From IMG/VR virus record IMGVR_UViG_3300032250_000289: 20,000 nt of DNA. The stretch is one strand, 5' to 3'. Position numbers and translations under genes: made by a program. Position 1 is the first letter of the stretch, and each line of letters starts with the position of its first letter. Below the pieces are notes generated by a model that was given only the letters and a program-made list of their open reading frames with translations, had not been told where the DNA came from and did not search any database. Shown one piece after another: positions 8,484-17,928 of this stretch. Source of the DNA: an uncultured virus (IMG/VR IMGVR_UViG_3300032250_000289) (lineage: Duplodnaviria; Heunggongvirae; Uroviricota; Caudoviricetes).

Positions 8484-10571
8484 TTAAACTAGGGCATTTT
8501 GCTCAATAAATAAACCAATAATATTCGTGCGATAAATATCAATGTTCATGGTTTCTATATTTATATTTCTATCACTTAGCAATGTTTTAAATTCTATTGG
8601 AGTGGTCTTTTTGGCCATTAAAATGTCATTTATGCTCTGAGCGTTCACAACTTCTAATAATGGTAAATTTGTTAAAACATCTATCTTTAGCTGTTCAAGA
8701 TCATTGATCTGAGCCTTAGTTAACTGTCTAAGATTTTTCTTATTGTTGCAGCTTAAAAAAGCATTATTAAGAACATCCGTTAATTCTGACCAAGCTGATT
8801 CCGTCCATACTAATAATTCAGCAACTCCCGGTTTAGATTTAGGATTAGCAATCCTTTGCTTGCGGGGTTTTGTGTCTGTTGATAGTGGGGGTCTACCATT
8901 CTGGTTAGGAGAGGGTGCTGTTTTTGGAGCGCCACCGCCGCCAAATGGAGTTTTTGGAGGTTGAGCTAACAGCAAATCTTTTGGAACAGTAGTTTTAATA
9001 CCAACATCGCTTGGTAGAACTTTACCAGTTTGTAGGGCGATCTTTTCCAAAGCTTCTTTTTGCTGTGGATTATGGTAGGGACTTGCTTTATTAGGTGTTG
9101 TATCAGATGTTCTAGCTTCCATTTCTCTCTGCAATCTAATCTTTTCGATCTGTGGAATTTCTTTAAATCTTTCAATAACAGTTTCTTGACTAATAATGTC
9201 TCTGTCGGCAAGTTGAATAAGTAGATTCTTCTCGGCGGCTTCATCAGATAGTGTCATCTGATCAAACTGAATATATGCTTTATAACGAAAGCCCATAGCC
9301 TGACGAACAATTTCTATTTCTTTTTCCCAGAACTTAATTAGTAAATCTCTACCGTACTGTAGTCTTTCAACTAAAGTTTTGAGCGATATATAATTATTTG
9401 TAAAACCACCGCCGCCGGTTGCCATACCAGTTAACGTTGGAGGAACGCCTAGTCCAGCATAAATACTATTTAGAACAGAGGTATATTTTTCTGAACCTAA
9501 GAACTTGTATACTTCACTGCTAGCTTCTTTGAATGATAATTCTGGACCCCAAACTAGTTCCATTGTGCCGCCACCAACGTTACTAGCTAGAATATCTCTT
9601 AATTTATTAATAGCCGCCCTATTTGGTAGAATCTTATGTTCTAAGCTACCAAGGGTCCATAGTCTAATATTTGAGATAGCACCGTCCAAAGCTGACATGT
9701 CTGCTAATCTCATTTTCTCTAACATGATAATATCATCAAGAATTGAATAAATCATGGGGTCTGCCCATTCCTGCCAATCGTCTTTCTTGTAATGAAAAAC
9801 GCTCATTCGGTTTGGATCAAGGGCGACTTGCTTTTCGCCATTCTGCAAGCTTTGTTTTATGCCGTTAGGTAGACTATTTAATACGTCTGTTGGTAGATCG
9901 CCATCTTCAAAACGGTCTAAGAATGTTTGAACGTTAATGGTATAGCTAGGAACGCCAGTAAAGATGGACATTTTGCCATCCTTCATCTTAACGTTTAGGG
10001 GATTAAAAAAGTTGTATCTCCAAGGAATAAGGTTTTCTTTAATATTTGGAACCTCTACCTTGATATCAGAAGATAGAGCCTTCATGTAACTTTCTAATTC
10101 TGGAGTAACATTAGCTTTACTTCTATAGATAATAACATTGCCTGTTTTGTAAAGATTGTTCAAAAATCTTTCTGATCGATCTTTACCATTAATGCTTTTG
10201 AACCATTGCTGATAGAATTTCTCAACGCTCTTATTAGGGTGAACTATACTAATACCTTGGCTACCAAAATCTCCCATTAGATCAATAATATTTCTTATAA
10301 TGCCAACCTTACTATACGCATCGATGCACATTTTCATGGCTCGTTTTTGCTGGGAAGGAACCGCCTCGTTGGGTCTAAAGGCGTAGTAATCCTGTTTTGT
10401 AAATCCCGGCCTTACAGAACGATTTGGTTCAATATCCAAGAATGTACGATAAGTGCTACCTTGACTTTTAGATAATCCAGTATAGCTTTCAATATTATCA
10501 GAAAACTGAGACATTGCGCTAGCTTTGCTGTCTTGATTATCGTCTGACCAAGTGACCATATCGTTATTCAT
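8484..10571 (-). CDS. Portal protein, 695 aa
   Basis: Immediately downstream of the large terminase; size; portal-like segments (IIRNIIDLMGDF, SIYAGLGVPPTLTG, IQFDQMTLSDE, LADRDIISQET) and a Pro-rich tail with GRP. Confidence 0.8.
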   Translation of the reverse strand: MNNDMVTWSDDNQDSKASAMSQFSDNIESYTGLSKSQGSTYRTFLDIEPNRSVRPGFTKQDYYAFRPNEAVPSQQKRAMKMCIDAYSKVGIIRNIIDLMGDFGSQGISIVHPNKSVEKFYQQWFKSINGKDRSERFLNNLYKTGNVIIYRSKANVTPELESYMKALSSDIKVEVPNIKENLIPWRYNFFNPLNVKMKDGKMSIFTGVPSYTINVQTFLDRFEDGDLPTDVLNSLPNGIKQSLQNGEKQVALDPNRMSVFHYKKDDWQEWADPMIYSILDDIIMLEKMRLADMSALDGAISNIRLWTLGSLEHKILPNRAAINKLRDILASNVGGGTMELVWGPELSFKEASSEVYKFLGSEKYTSVLNSIYAGLGVPPTLTGMATGGGGFTNNYISLKTLVERLQYGRDLLIKFWEKEIEIVRQAMGFRYKAYIQFDQMTLSDEAAEKNLLIQLADRDIISQETVIERFKEIPQIEKIRLQREMEARTSDTTPNKASPYHNPQQKEALEKIALQTGKVLPSDVGIKTTVPKDLLLAQPPKTPFGGGGAPKTAPSPNQNGRPPLSTDTKPRKQRIANPKSKPGVAELLVWTESAWSELTDVLNNAFLSCNNKKNLRQLTKAQINDLEQLKIDVLTNLPLLEVVNAQSINDILMAKKTTPIEFKTLLSDRNINIETMNIDIYRTNIIGLFIEQNALV

Positions 10572-10613
10572 GTGTTATTCTCTTAATTGGATTGTAATTG
10601 GAATGGCTATGTA

Positions 10614-12596
10614 TTAATACACATCTTTCATGTTTTCTGAAAACCAACTAGGTGCGTTGTATAGCTTTTCATTTTCGTATGATTTTGTTTGCTCTCTACC
10701 TGTAGCAAATCCTCCATAGAAATTGTATACTTCTTGCTCTGGAGTTCTTTGTAAAACTCTAGCAGCCATATTGGCCATTAATAGTGCGGAATATCGGTCC
10801 TTCCTCATTTTGCTTTTCTTGCCGGTGCCTATTATATATTCTGGAGTATCCCATCTATCCCGACCAGAATTTGTTTGTGTCATTTGTATCATAGCCAATT
10901 CGTCCTTTAATTCCTCAATATCTAAAACACATTCTTCTAAAGTGTCGAACATTCTATGTTTGATATCATCTTGGGATGTGGACAGGCCAATAGAGATGGC
11001 ATCAAAGTATGGAAATAATAATGCTTTATCTTCAAAGTCTTTTCTCATGCCATGATTAGCTTCTGATAACCATTCATATCGTGCAAACTGACACATTTCT
11101 ACGATATGTAAGCCTCTTTCGCCATCGGTATCTTTTTCTTTTTCTGGATCAATAGTTGGCCATATTGCCATTTCTCCAGATTTAATTTTGTCTTGGTCGT
11201 GTAAAGATTCTATAATGGCTATACCGCCACCCTGCGCGTCAATAGCAATATGAATACATGGGTATAAGATCATTAAATCTCTAATTTTTCTAGCACAATA
11301 AGAATAGAAATCACTCTCTGTTGAATAGCCCTTTTTTACTTTCTCTTTATGTTCTGATCTAGTGGTTGTCCAACAATGCACAATTCTTCTGTGATCTGGA
11401 TTTATTTCTAATATAACGATACTAAAATTATCTACTTCAGAAGCGGGGTCAACACCAAAGATATATCTCTTATTTGGATCACCCATTAGCGTTGCCTCAA
11501 ATTTAATTTCCTGCCCCTTGCTATCTTTGATAGAATTATTATTTGACACCACGCAGGACTCAATTAATGAACGCTTAAAGAACCCCTGAGAGTCTCTAGT
11601 AAAGCAGCAACCAAACTCCATCTGATAAATACCAGCATGTACTGTAGCTTTTGATCGTGCTACTTGATCAGCATCCATAAAACCTTTTGGTAATAGCTCA
11701 TATGGCATTCTTATAATAGAATACTGGGTCCAATCAAAATTATCTGGGGCATCCTCGCCGTTGAACACTTCTCTTAATTTGGTGGGATTGCCACCGCTTT
11801 TAATAATAGCTTTCCATTTCTTCCAGTATGTAGCGAAATGATTAAAGTCATAGTAAGCTGTTCCAGATAAAATAATCTGGTTGTCTTTTATTTCTATATC
11901 TTTATTTTCTTCTTCTATCTGTATTCCAAGTTCTAAAGCTTTTCTTTGTGCGGCTAAACGTTTTACATTTTCAACAGGGTCCGCACTAACAGCAGCGAAA
12001 CCAGCCACCACGTTTTCAAAAATATCTCTTGGTATGCTTGCAAATTCGTCACTAATAATATCGTTTGCGCGCTGACCTCTAATTTTTTGACCATCACCAA
12101 GTGGTAAGCAAGTAATAGTGCTTTCATTAATTCGTAAAACACACCTGTCAGTATCTCTTCTTGGGCCACTATCAGAGTCGCATAAATCTCTTAACATGGG
12201 AGAATTGCGCCATATGGTTTCCATGTATTCAAAAATAATTTTACTCTGTCTAAAGGCGGCACCAACTACAACAATCTTTCGTCGTGGAAGTATTAATGCT
12301 CTTAATACAGCGTAGAGAGATAGCGTGAATGATTTACCAAATCCTCGACTAGCAATGAGCATGGGAAATTTTCTAGTCCATATCTCTTGTAAGATTAAAG
12401 CCTGTGATGGTAGCAACTGTATACCAAGAATATGGCTACAAATAAAAGATAAGTATTCTGGACGGGTCATAAGCCAAGCTAACTTTAAATGAAAGTCATC
12501 TTCACTGGGCTTTAATATAGACATTGGGTTGAAGATATTGGCATCTATATTATCAAGACCTAGCCAAGCTTCATCTATCTTCTTAAGATTATTCAT
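10614..12596 (-). CDS. terL: Terminase large subunit, 660 aa
   Basis: Walker A ASRGFGKS, IRGQRAN, Walker B IISDEFA, motif III LSGTA, RNase-H-like nuclease IFGVDPA...D and KDRYSAL. Confidence 0.93.
   Translation of the reverse strand: MNNLKKIDEAWLGLDNIDANIFNPMSILKPSEDDFHLKLAWLMTRPEYLSFICSHILGIQLLPSQALILQEIWTRKFPMLIASRGFGKSFTLSLYAVLRALILPRRKIVVVGAAFRQSKIIFEYMETIWRNSPMLRDLCDSDSGPRRDTDRCVLRINESTITCLPLGDGQKIRGQRANDIISDEFASIPRDIFENVVAGFAAVSADPVENVKRLAAQRKALELGIQIEEENKDIEIKDNQIILSGTAYYDFNHFATYWKKWKAIIKSGGNPTKLREVFNGEDAPDNFDWTQYSIIRMPYELLPKGFMDADQVARSKATVHAGIYQMEFGCCFTRDSQGFFKRSLIESCVVSNNNSIKDSKGQEIKFEATLMGDPNKRYIFGVDPASEVDNFSIVILEINPDHRRIVHCWTTTRSEHKEKVKKGYSTESDFYSYCARKIRDLMILYPCIHIAIDAQGGGIAIIESLHDQDKIKSGEMAIWPTIDPEKEKDTDGERGLHIVEMCQFARYEWLSEANHGMRKDFEDKALLFPYFDAISIGLSTSQDDIKHRMFDTLEECVLDIEELKDELAMIQMTQTNSGRDRWDTPEYIIGTGKKSKMRKDRYSALLMANMAARVLQRTPEQEVYNFYGGFATGREQTKSYENEKLYNAPSWFSENMKDVY
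10616..10622 (-). promoter_or_regulatory. Variant late-promoter motif GTGTATT overlapping the terL stop, upstream of portal
   Basis: GTGTATTAATA, 44 nt upstream of ATG 10571; one mismatch to GTGTATA and constrained by coding sequence. Confidence 0.35.
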
Positions 12597-13227
12597 TCCT
12601 ATTCCAATCGGTCATAATAGCATCTGCAAACCCGTAATAAACAGCTTCCTCAGAATTTAAATACCAATCACCAGACTTTAATTTCCTAATTAAATATTGT
12701 TTGACTTGTTTTTCACTAGGCTTTTTGCCAAATTTATCTTTAAAGAATTGACCATCAACGCACCTTTTAGCATAAAGATCAAACATTACACTGGCGCACC
12801 TGCGCTCATAGTCAACAAAATTCTGTACGCTAAGATAGTCAGAACCAATATCCGTTGATCCATAATGACTCATAAAGTATGCGTTCTTAGTCATGTATCT
12901 ATAATCAGCAGCTTGTAGGATAATACTACTCATTGACTCGGCCTGACCGTAAACAATAACGCTTACATAAGATCGGCACATTGTTATAGCATCAAAAATA
13001 GCCATCCCATCAGACCATTCCCCACCAACACTGTGCATGTGTATAGTGATGGGGTTATTGTTCCGTAAATCCAATCCTCTTAAGTTCTTAATAAATGTAT
13101 TGGACATTCTATATTCAACGCCGGGATTCTGATTATCTTCAGTATGATAGTGGTTATGAAGAAATATTTCTCTGGTATTTATATTGGCACCATAGTCATG
13201 AAAATCTTTCAATAATTCTGGTTCCAT
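12589..13227 (-). CDS. clpP: ClpP-family serine protease (peptidase S14), about 212 aa
   Basis: HSVGGEWSDGMAIFDAI, GQAESMSSIILQAA (catalytic Ser), FMSH (His), GDWYLNSEEAVYYGFADAI (Asp). Start moved from the track's 13260 to ATG 13227, which has a GGAG RBS and abuts the upstream stop. Confidence 0.9.
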   Translation of the reverse strand: MEPELLKDFHDYGANINTREIFLHNHYHTEDNQNPGVEYRMSNTFIKNLRGLDLRNNNPITIHMHSVGGEWSDGMAIFDAITMCRSYVSVIVYGQAESMSSIILQAADYRYMTKNAYFMSHYGSTDIGSDYLSVQNFVDYERRCASVMFDLYAKRCVDGQFFKDKFGKKPSEKQVKQYLIRKLKSGDWYLNSEEAVYYGFADAIMTDWNRNE

Positions 13228-13228
13228 G

Positions 13229-13720
13229 TTAATCTCCATTTCCCGTGTTATACATTTCATTGATTCGTTTCAGTATACTGCTAACTGCTAAGAATGCGTC
13301 GTATTTACTACCACAGAATAGAACGTGTATGTTGTGTTGAATTTGAAATTCAAATAAACATTTTAACATATATTTACCAGTTATTTTGATATTATTTTTA
13401 TTTTCTGATGGGATGCGGGAGTCTTTGGGAAACTTTAACAAGTCCTCTAAAGAAAATTCTAGAACGATAAACTTGTGTGGAAACTTTGTCATGCGATCTA
13501 TTTCGTTCATGAAGGCGTGTTTTTTAACACCCAAGTTTCCAGCCAATTCTTCAACGCATCCCTTACGTTCAATGCATATCTTGTCCTCAAGACCCTGTAT
13601 GCTATAGTCTCCTGTATCCAATTTTGTTTCTATCATTCCAGCGCAAGTGTTGTACTCTTTAAAAAAGTATCCGTCTTGCTCTCTGGTGTCTTTAATAACT
13701 ATGAATGATTTATTCGCCAT
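13229..13720 (-). CDS. ERCC4 (XPF/Mus81-type) domain nuclease, 163 aa
   Basis: IKDTREQ...LDTGDYSI...CIERKG signature (GDx(n)ERK). Confidence 0.85.
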   Translation of the reverse strand: MANKSFIVIKDTREQDGYFFKEYNTCAGMIETKLDTGDYSIQGLEDKICIERKGCVEELAGNLGVKKHAFMNEIDRMTKFPHKFIVLEFSLEDLLKFPKDSRIPSENKNNIKITGKYMLKCLFEFQIQHNIHVLFCGSKYDAFLAVSSILKRINEMYNTGNGD

Positions 13721-13970
13721 TGATGATTTCTATAAACAATGCTTCGTAGTGTCGTTCTTGATCTTTAATAGACTTGTGACAGTTGTAACACAAAGTAATA
13801 CCGTTGGATGTTTCATACCTTAATGAGCTAGCAGAACTCCACGGTCTAATGTGGTGAACCTGTAGCCTAGACTTACTATCGCACTGAGGCATTCTACACT
13901 TAAATTTATCTCTTTTAAGTATGTCTGTTCTCCACTTTTTATATACGGGATCGCTGTAATTACGTTTCAT
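13710..13970 (-). CDS. HNH endonuclease, 86 aa
   Basis: WRTDILKRDKFKCRMPQC...LQVHHIRPW...NGITLCYNCH. Confidence 0.92.
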   Translation of the reverse strand: MKRNYSDPVYKKWRTDILKRDKFKCRMPQCDSKSRLQVHHIRPWSSASSLRYETSNGITLCYNCHKSIKDQERHYEALFIEIINGE

Positions 13971-14215
13971 AGTGAGTATATTTTATCTATTCTAGACTCT
14001 TTTCGTATTCTTCTACAAATAATTCTCATTTTGATTGATGGATCTTGATCTAGTAATATTTTAATTAAACCATTTATTACGTCTACGCATACCATATCTG
14101 GGTCTGTAGCTGTAATAAACACCGTTGGAAATGGTGAGTTATATCCTTTTAGATTTAAATGTCTTATATTAACGTAAATGTTAGAAATGTCCAACATTAC
14201 TCTGTAGTTTTTCAT
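13967..14215 (-). CDS. Hypothetical protein, 82 aa
   Basis: Co-oriented ORF overlapping both neighbours; no recognisable motif. Confidence 0.7.
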   Translation of the reverse strand: MKNYRVMLDISNIYVNIRHLNLKGYNSPFPTVFITATDPDMVCVDVINGLIKILLDQDPSIKMRIICRRIRKESRIDKIYSL

Positions 14216-15266
14216 TTATTCTGTCATTTAACATGAGTATTACTAGTTGCTCTAGGTCACATTTTGGTTTCCATCCTAATTTTTCTTGAGCTTTAGAGGA
14301 ATCACCACGAAGATAATTTACTTCTGCTGGCCTGTAAAACTCTGGGTCTATATAAATAAAGTTTAAAGGTTCATCGATATAGAAATATTTGAAAGCCTTG
14401 TCTATAAAATCTTTTATTGTGTGTGTTTTTCCAGTACATATAACATAGTCATCTGGTTCATGTTGCTGAAGCATAATGTGCATAGCCTCAACATAATCGC
14501 CAGCATATCCCCAATCTCTACAGGATTCAATATTGCCTAATCTAAGCTTTGGAAATTTAATTTCATTAGGGGTATGTAGAATATGTTCTGCTGAGAAAGT
14601 TAAATCATTAATATTTATCTTGTGTCGTTCAGTCCAATTAATAAAGTCAACTAGCCAGTTTGTAATTTTTTTGGTGACAAACTCATCGCCACGGCGCGGA
14701 CCTTCGTGATTAAATAAAATACCAGAACTAGCGTGTAGGCCATAAGCTTCCCGGTATAGTCGAACGGCAAAATGTGCGGCACATTTAGCTATCGCATATG
14801 GTGATTGGGGAAGAAATTTTGTCTCCTCATTTTGATACTTATTTCCATGACAATCTGTGTCACAAGAATCTCCAAACATCTCGCTAGATGATGCTTGATA
14901 GAATCTTACCCACTGCATATTGTTATCTAATATAGCTTGTAAAATATTGATACAACCCTTACCGGTTATATCCCAAGTTAGCCCCGGTTGCTTAAAAGAG
15001 GTTCCAACATGCGACTGTGCTGCTAGATTATAAATTTCATCTACTTCATCATAATCTTTAAGAATATTTGTGACACTACTAACATCTGTAATATCGCCCT
15101 CAATCAATTCAAATGATGGATTTCCCTTTAGATGTTTAATTCTCTGTGTGGTATCTACGCTGCATCGTCTAGCAACACCAACAACCCTATAATCCTTAGA
15201 TAGTAAAAGATCGGCTAGATGGCTACCATCTTGTCCTGTTATTCCGAATATAATTGCAGTCTTCAT
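14181..15266 (-). CDS. gmd: GDP-mannose 4,6-dehydratase
   Basis: GITGQDGSHLA, YNLAAQSHVGTSF, FYQASSSEMFG, PQSPYAIAK (YxxxK), GILFNHEGPRRG.EFVTKKI, LGN...RDWGYAGDYV, RPAEVNYLRGDSSKA. Confidence 0.95.
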   Translation of the reverse strand: MKTAIIFGITGQDGSHLADLLLSKDYRVVGVARRCSVDTTQRIKHLKGNPSFELIEGDITDVSSVTNILKDYDEVDEIYNLAAQSHVGTSFKQPGLTWDITGKGCINILQAILDNNMQWVRFYQASSSEMFGDSCDTDCHGNKYQNEETKFLPQSPYAIAKCAAHFAVRLYREAYGLHASSGILFNHEGPRRGDEFVTKKITNWLVDFINWTERHKININDLTFSAEHILHTPNEIKFPKLRLGNIESCRDWGYAGDYVEAMHIMLQQHEPDDYVICTGKTHTIKDFIDKAFKYFYIDEPLNFIYIDPEFYRPAEVNYLRGDSSKAQEKLGWKPKCDLEQLVILMLNDRINEKLQSNVGHF

Positions 15267-15898
15267 AAACCTTCCTCTTCCTTTATTTTAAAATAATCCT
15301 CTGTAAATTTTCCTTTTCTCATAGCTTCTAAATACCAAGGACTATGTTGTGCTGAGTACCAAATGTTGTGCGCCCTATTTTGATTTAATCTTTCACTTCC
15401 ATTAACTTCAAATTCCCAAGGATTTTCATTTTCTATTAAAGATGATTCTAAAAATTGCTTATTCCATATTGAAGCCTGCATGGATATAGAATACAAAGTA
15501 AATTGATTCATTTTATATAGATTGTCTTTAACACAAACGCTATTATATAAGCTACTATTTTCATGGATGCCAAATCTATTTATATTAAGACTTTCTACTA
15601 GATTAAAATAGGATTCAAACTCTTCTTTGAATATTGTTTTTCTAAAAAAGTAATCGTCTTGTAGCCAAAGGATGTAATCATCTTCTATAACTTGACAAGC
15701 TTTCTTTACACATTGAGAGTATGGAACGACGCCAGCAGTGATCCACTTAAAGTTATCAAACTTCTTTGTTGTGGTTTCAGTTAAGAAGTATTTCTCACAC
15801 TCTATATTATGATCCCAATACTTATTAAACAGTTCAACAAAGTCATTCCATAAGAAATGATACTTGTCGCACGTATTTATTAAAATAGAGAATTTCAT
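15263..15898 (-). CDS. Putative GT-A-fold glycosyltransferase, 211 aa
   Basis: FSILINTCDKY...W...F...FNKYW N-terminus, YILWLQDDYFF (DxD-like), SMQASIWNK, ENPWEFE; ATGA-coupled to gmd. Confidence 0.65.
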   Translation of the reverse strand: MKFSILINTCDKYHFLWNDFVELFNKYWDHNIECEKYFLTETTTKKFDNFKWITAGVVPYSQCVKKACQVIEDDYILWLQDDYFFRKTIFKEEFESYFNLVESLNINRFGIHENSSLYNSVCVKDNLYKMNQFTLYSISMQASIWNKQFLESSLIENENPWEFEVNGSERLNQNRAHNIWYSAQHSPWYLEAMRKGKFTEDYFKIKEEEGL

Positions 15899-16686
15899 TC
15901 TTTTACTGTGTCTGGTGTAAGGAATGGTTGATCAACAACCCCGTCCTCATATTTATGATAGGCTGAAAGTCTATCTTTTTCTTTCTCCATCGCCATTCTC
16001 ATCTTCTCCATCTCAATACCATACTTCTTCATAGTCTCTGGGTCTTGCATTAAGTGAGCCACCCACGACACGAAGCTTTGTTTACTATCTTCTAGTCGTT
16101 TAATACGCTGCTCTCTGGTTCCCTTCATCTCCCTTAACATTCCAGCTTTTTTACCTTGAAGCTCGCGGTAATCTTTGTTTAATGACTCCTGAGAGGCCCG
16201 TAGAGATGCTACCTGACGTTCCAAATTAAATATGTAGTCTTGGTCGCGTTGATCTTTATCAAGAGCCCTCTCGTCTTTAATCAACTTGTCAAAAGTGTTC
16301 ATGTCGATTATATTGTCTTTGCTAGACTTTAAGCACCTATTCATTAATAGTTCCAACTTAATAACGTCTACCACCTGTAATTCTTCTGTTGGAAATACAT
16401 CATCTTTAAACTGGGCAATAATACGACTCCAGTGATATTTAAATAGTTCCAACTCTTCTTCAGTAAACTGGCTTCCTAGTTCGTGATAATATGGGCGATC
16501 CTCTAATGAGAAAGCTGCCGCCTCTTCGCCCGATATCCCCACTTTAAATTTTCGCTTAACGAAGTTGTCAATCGACTCAACATCCCTATCTAATTTATGA
16601 GCGATATCTTCCACCGTCATACTGTCGATGAGCCGCCCTATGATTCGCTCTTCGTCTTTGCTAATTCTACCTTTTTTCATAACCAT
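15895..16686 (-). CDS. HTH plus coiled-coil protein, candidate terminase small subunit (start may be ATG 16680)
   Basis: N-terminal HTH-like MTVEDIAHKLDRDVESIDNFVKRK, long coiled coil, upstream of terL in the same operon; function inferred. Confidence 0.5.
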   Translation of the reverse strand: MVMKKGRISKDEERIIGRLIDSMTVEDIAHKLDRDVESIDNFVKRKFKVGISGEEAAAFSLEDRPYYHELGSQFTEEELELFKYHWSRIIAQFKDDVFPTEELQVVDVIKLELLMNRCLKSSKDNIIDMNTFDKLIKDERALDKDQRDQDYIFNLERQVASLRASQESLNKDYRELQGKKAGMLREMKGTREQRIKRLEDSKQSFVSWVAHLMQDPETMKKYGIEMEKMRMAMEKEKDRLSAYHKYEDGVVDQPFLTPDTVKE

Positions 16687-17167
16687 TATCCCCCAGTATA
16701 TTTTGTATAATAGCTATTATTTCTTCGCGTCGTTTTTTAGGAACATAAACGTCGTTTATAATCTTAAGATAATCTGACCTATAGTTTGAGGGCAGGGCGC
16801 TGTCTATAATTTTTTTAATATCGGACGCATCTATAAAGTCATCGCCGTTATTTTCATTATCGGGCACATAATCTTCATAAGATAATTGTTTGGGCGATAA
16901 GATTTTCTTTTTATCATCTTCATTCTTGTTATAGAAATTGTCGCGGACGAAATTCTTAAGACGATTACTTAGGTGAACAGAAAGAAAGTTTTCTAGTGGG
17001 CGATTGTGGTCGTATCTTTCAAGGGCATCTACGCATATAATAAACGCCTCTTGTTTTATATCATCAACTTCATAACCATTAAATGTATACTTGGGCGATA
17101 TCCTATCAACCACTGTGGATATGGAACTCATAACTTGTTGTAAACTCATGTTGGGAGGTATTTTCAT
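16667..17167 (-). CDS. Sigma70 region-2-like protein (phage sigma factor), 166 aa
   Basis: YEVDDIKQEAFIICVDALERYDHNRPLENFLSVHLSNRLKNFVRD resembles the region-2 pattern D..Qe..i....a...yd....f..y.....n.....R. Confidence 0.7.
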   Translation of the reverse strand: MKIPPNMSLQQVMSSISTVVDRISPKYTFNGYEVDDIKQEAFIICVDALERYDHNRPLENFLSVHLSNRLKNFVRDNFYNKNEDDKKKILSPKQLSYEDYVPDNENNGDDFIDASDIKKIIDSALPSNYRSDYLKIINDVYVPKKRREEIIAIIQNILGDNGYEKR

Positions 17168-17928
17168 GCTATCTCGCTAAGTAATGTATTCCATTTTTCT
17201 CCATCATAAAATTTTAAAGTTTTGGCGGTGGCGTCGTAATATAGGTTGCCTTCTTTTAAAGAGGGCGAGTCTGATGGGTTAAGTTGAAGATTGTTGGTTG
17301 ATAAGTTTTTAACAACTAACTTAGACGTTTTAAGAGATAGTTGGTTTTTGTATGACGAGATAGCATCTTTTATGTAATTTATAAACTCATCACTATTAGT
17401 ATCTAAACTCACAATATCATCTTTTACGCGAGCTAAGAAAGAATTCTCTTGTAAGCTGACCATGTTGGCGCAACAAGAGTCGTGAGAAGTTAATACTGAG
17501 TGGGGCAGAATAAGAGCTTCTTGATGAGAGTGGGGGAATGTTGAATAAGCAATAATATATTCATGGGGCTGGGGCATAAAAGATGAAGAGCCATTATGGC
17601 AGGCTGAAACCTGAGAAGAGTTGGGGCCATAACAAATGGGGATAGATCGTTCTAAGTAATATTGGTCATCTATCTTTTTAACGTTACCGACCCCTCTTTC
17701 ATGTTGGATAACTTTATCATTAGATATAAGTTCCAAAACGTAGAAGAAAGAGTTTTCTCCAAACATTCTACGGAAAGAGTGGCATTTATTTGTTGTGCCA
17801 CATTCTATACTGCGCGCTAATTCAGCGTTACATTCAGCGAGGGCTTTTGTGCCAGCTAGCCTATAGTTAGTTCCATCTTCATTAATTACTAATTCAAGTG
17901 CTGGAATCTTGCTCGTCTTTATCTTCAT
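17164..17928 (-). CDS. Hypothetical, probably virion-associated protein, 254 aa
   Basis: C-terminal EGNLYYDATAKTLKFYDGEKW is a motif common in phage fibre/structural proteins; ATGA-coupled to the next gene. Confidence 0.6.
   Translation of the reverse strand: MKIKTSKIPALELVINEDGTNYRLAGTKALAECNAELARSIECGTTNKCHSFRRMFGENSFFYVLELISNDKVIQHERGVGNVKKIDDQYYLERSIPICYGPNSSQVSACHNGSSSFMPQPHEYIIAYSTFPHSHQEALILPHSVLTSHDSCCANMVSLQENSFLARVKDDIVSLDTNSDEFINYIKDAISSYKNQLSLKTSKLVVKNLSTNNLQLNPSDSPSLKEGNLYYDATAKTLKFYDGEKWNTLLSEIA

Noticed and set aside
10614..12596. Intein or intron in terL
   Set aside because: Continuous ORF with ATPase and nuclease motifs at normal spacing; no intein splice or LAGLIDADG motifs seen
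2308..13708. Short + strand ORFs and nested minus-strand ORFs (2308, 2791, 4396, 5908, 7341, 8743, 8966, 9505, 10723, 11881, 11963, 12118, 13386, 13475)
   Set aside because: They overlap long, motif-supported minus-strand genes and show no recognisable motifs
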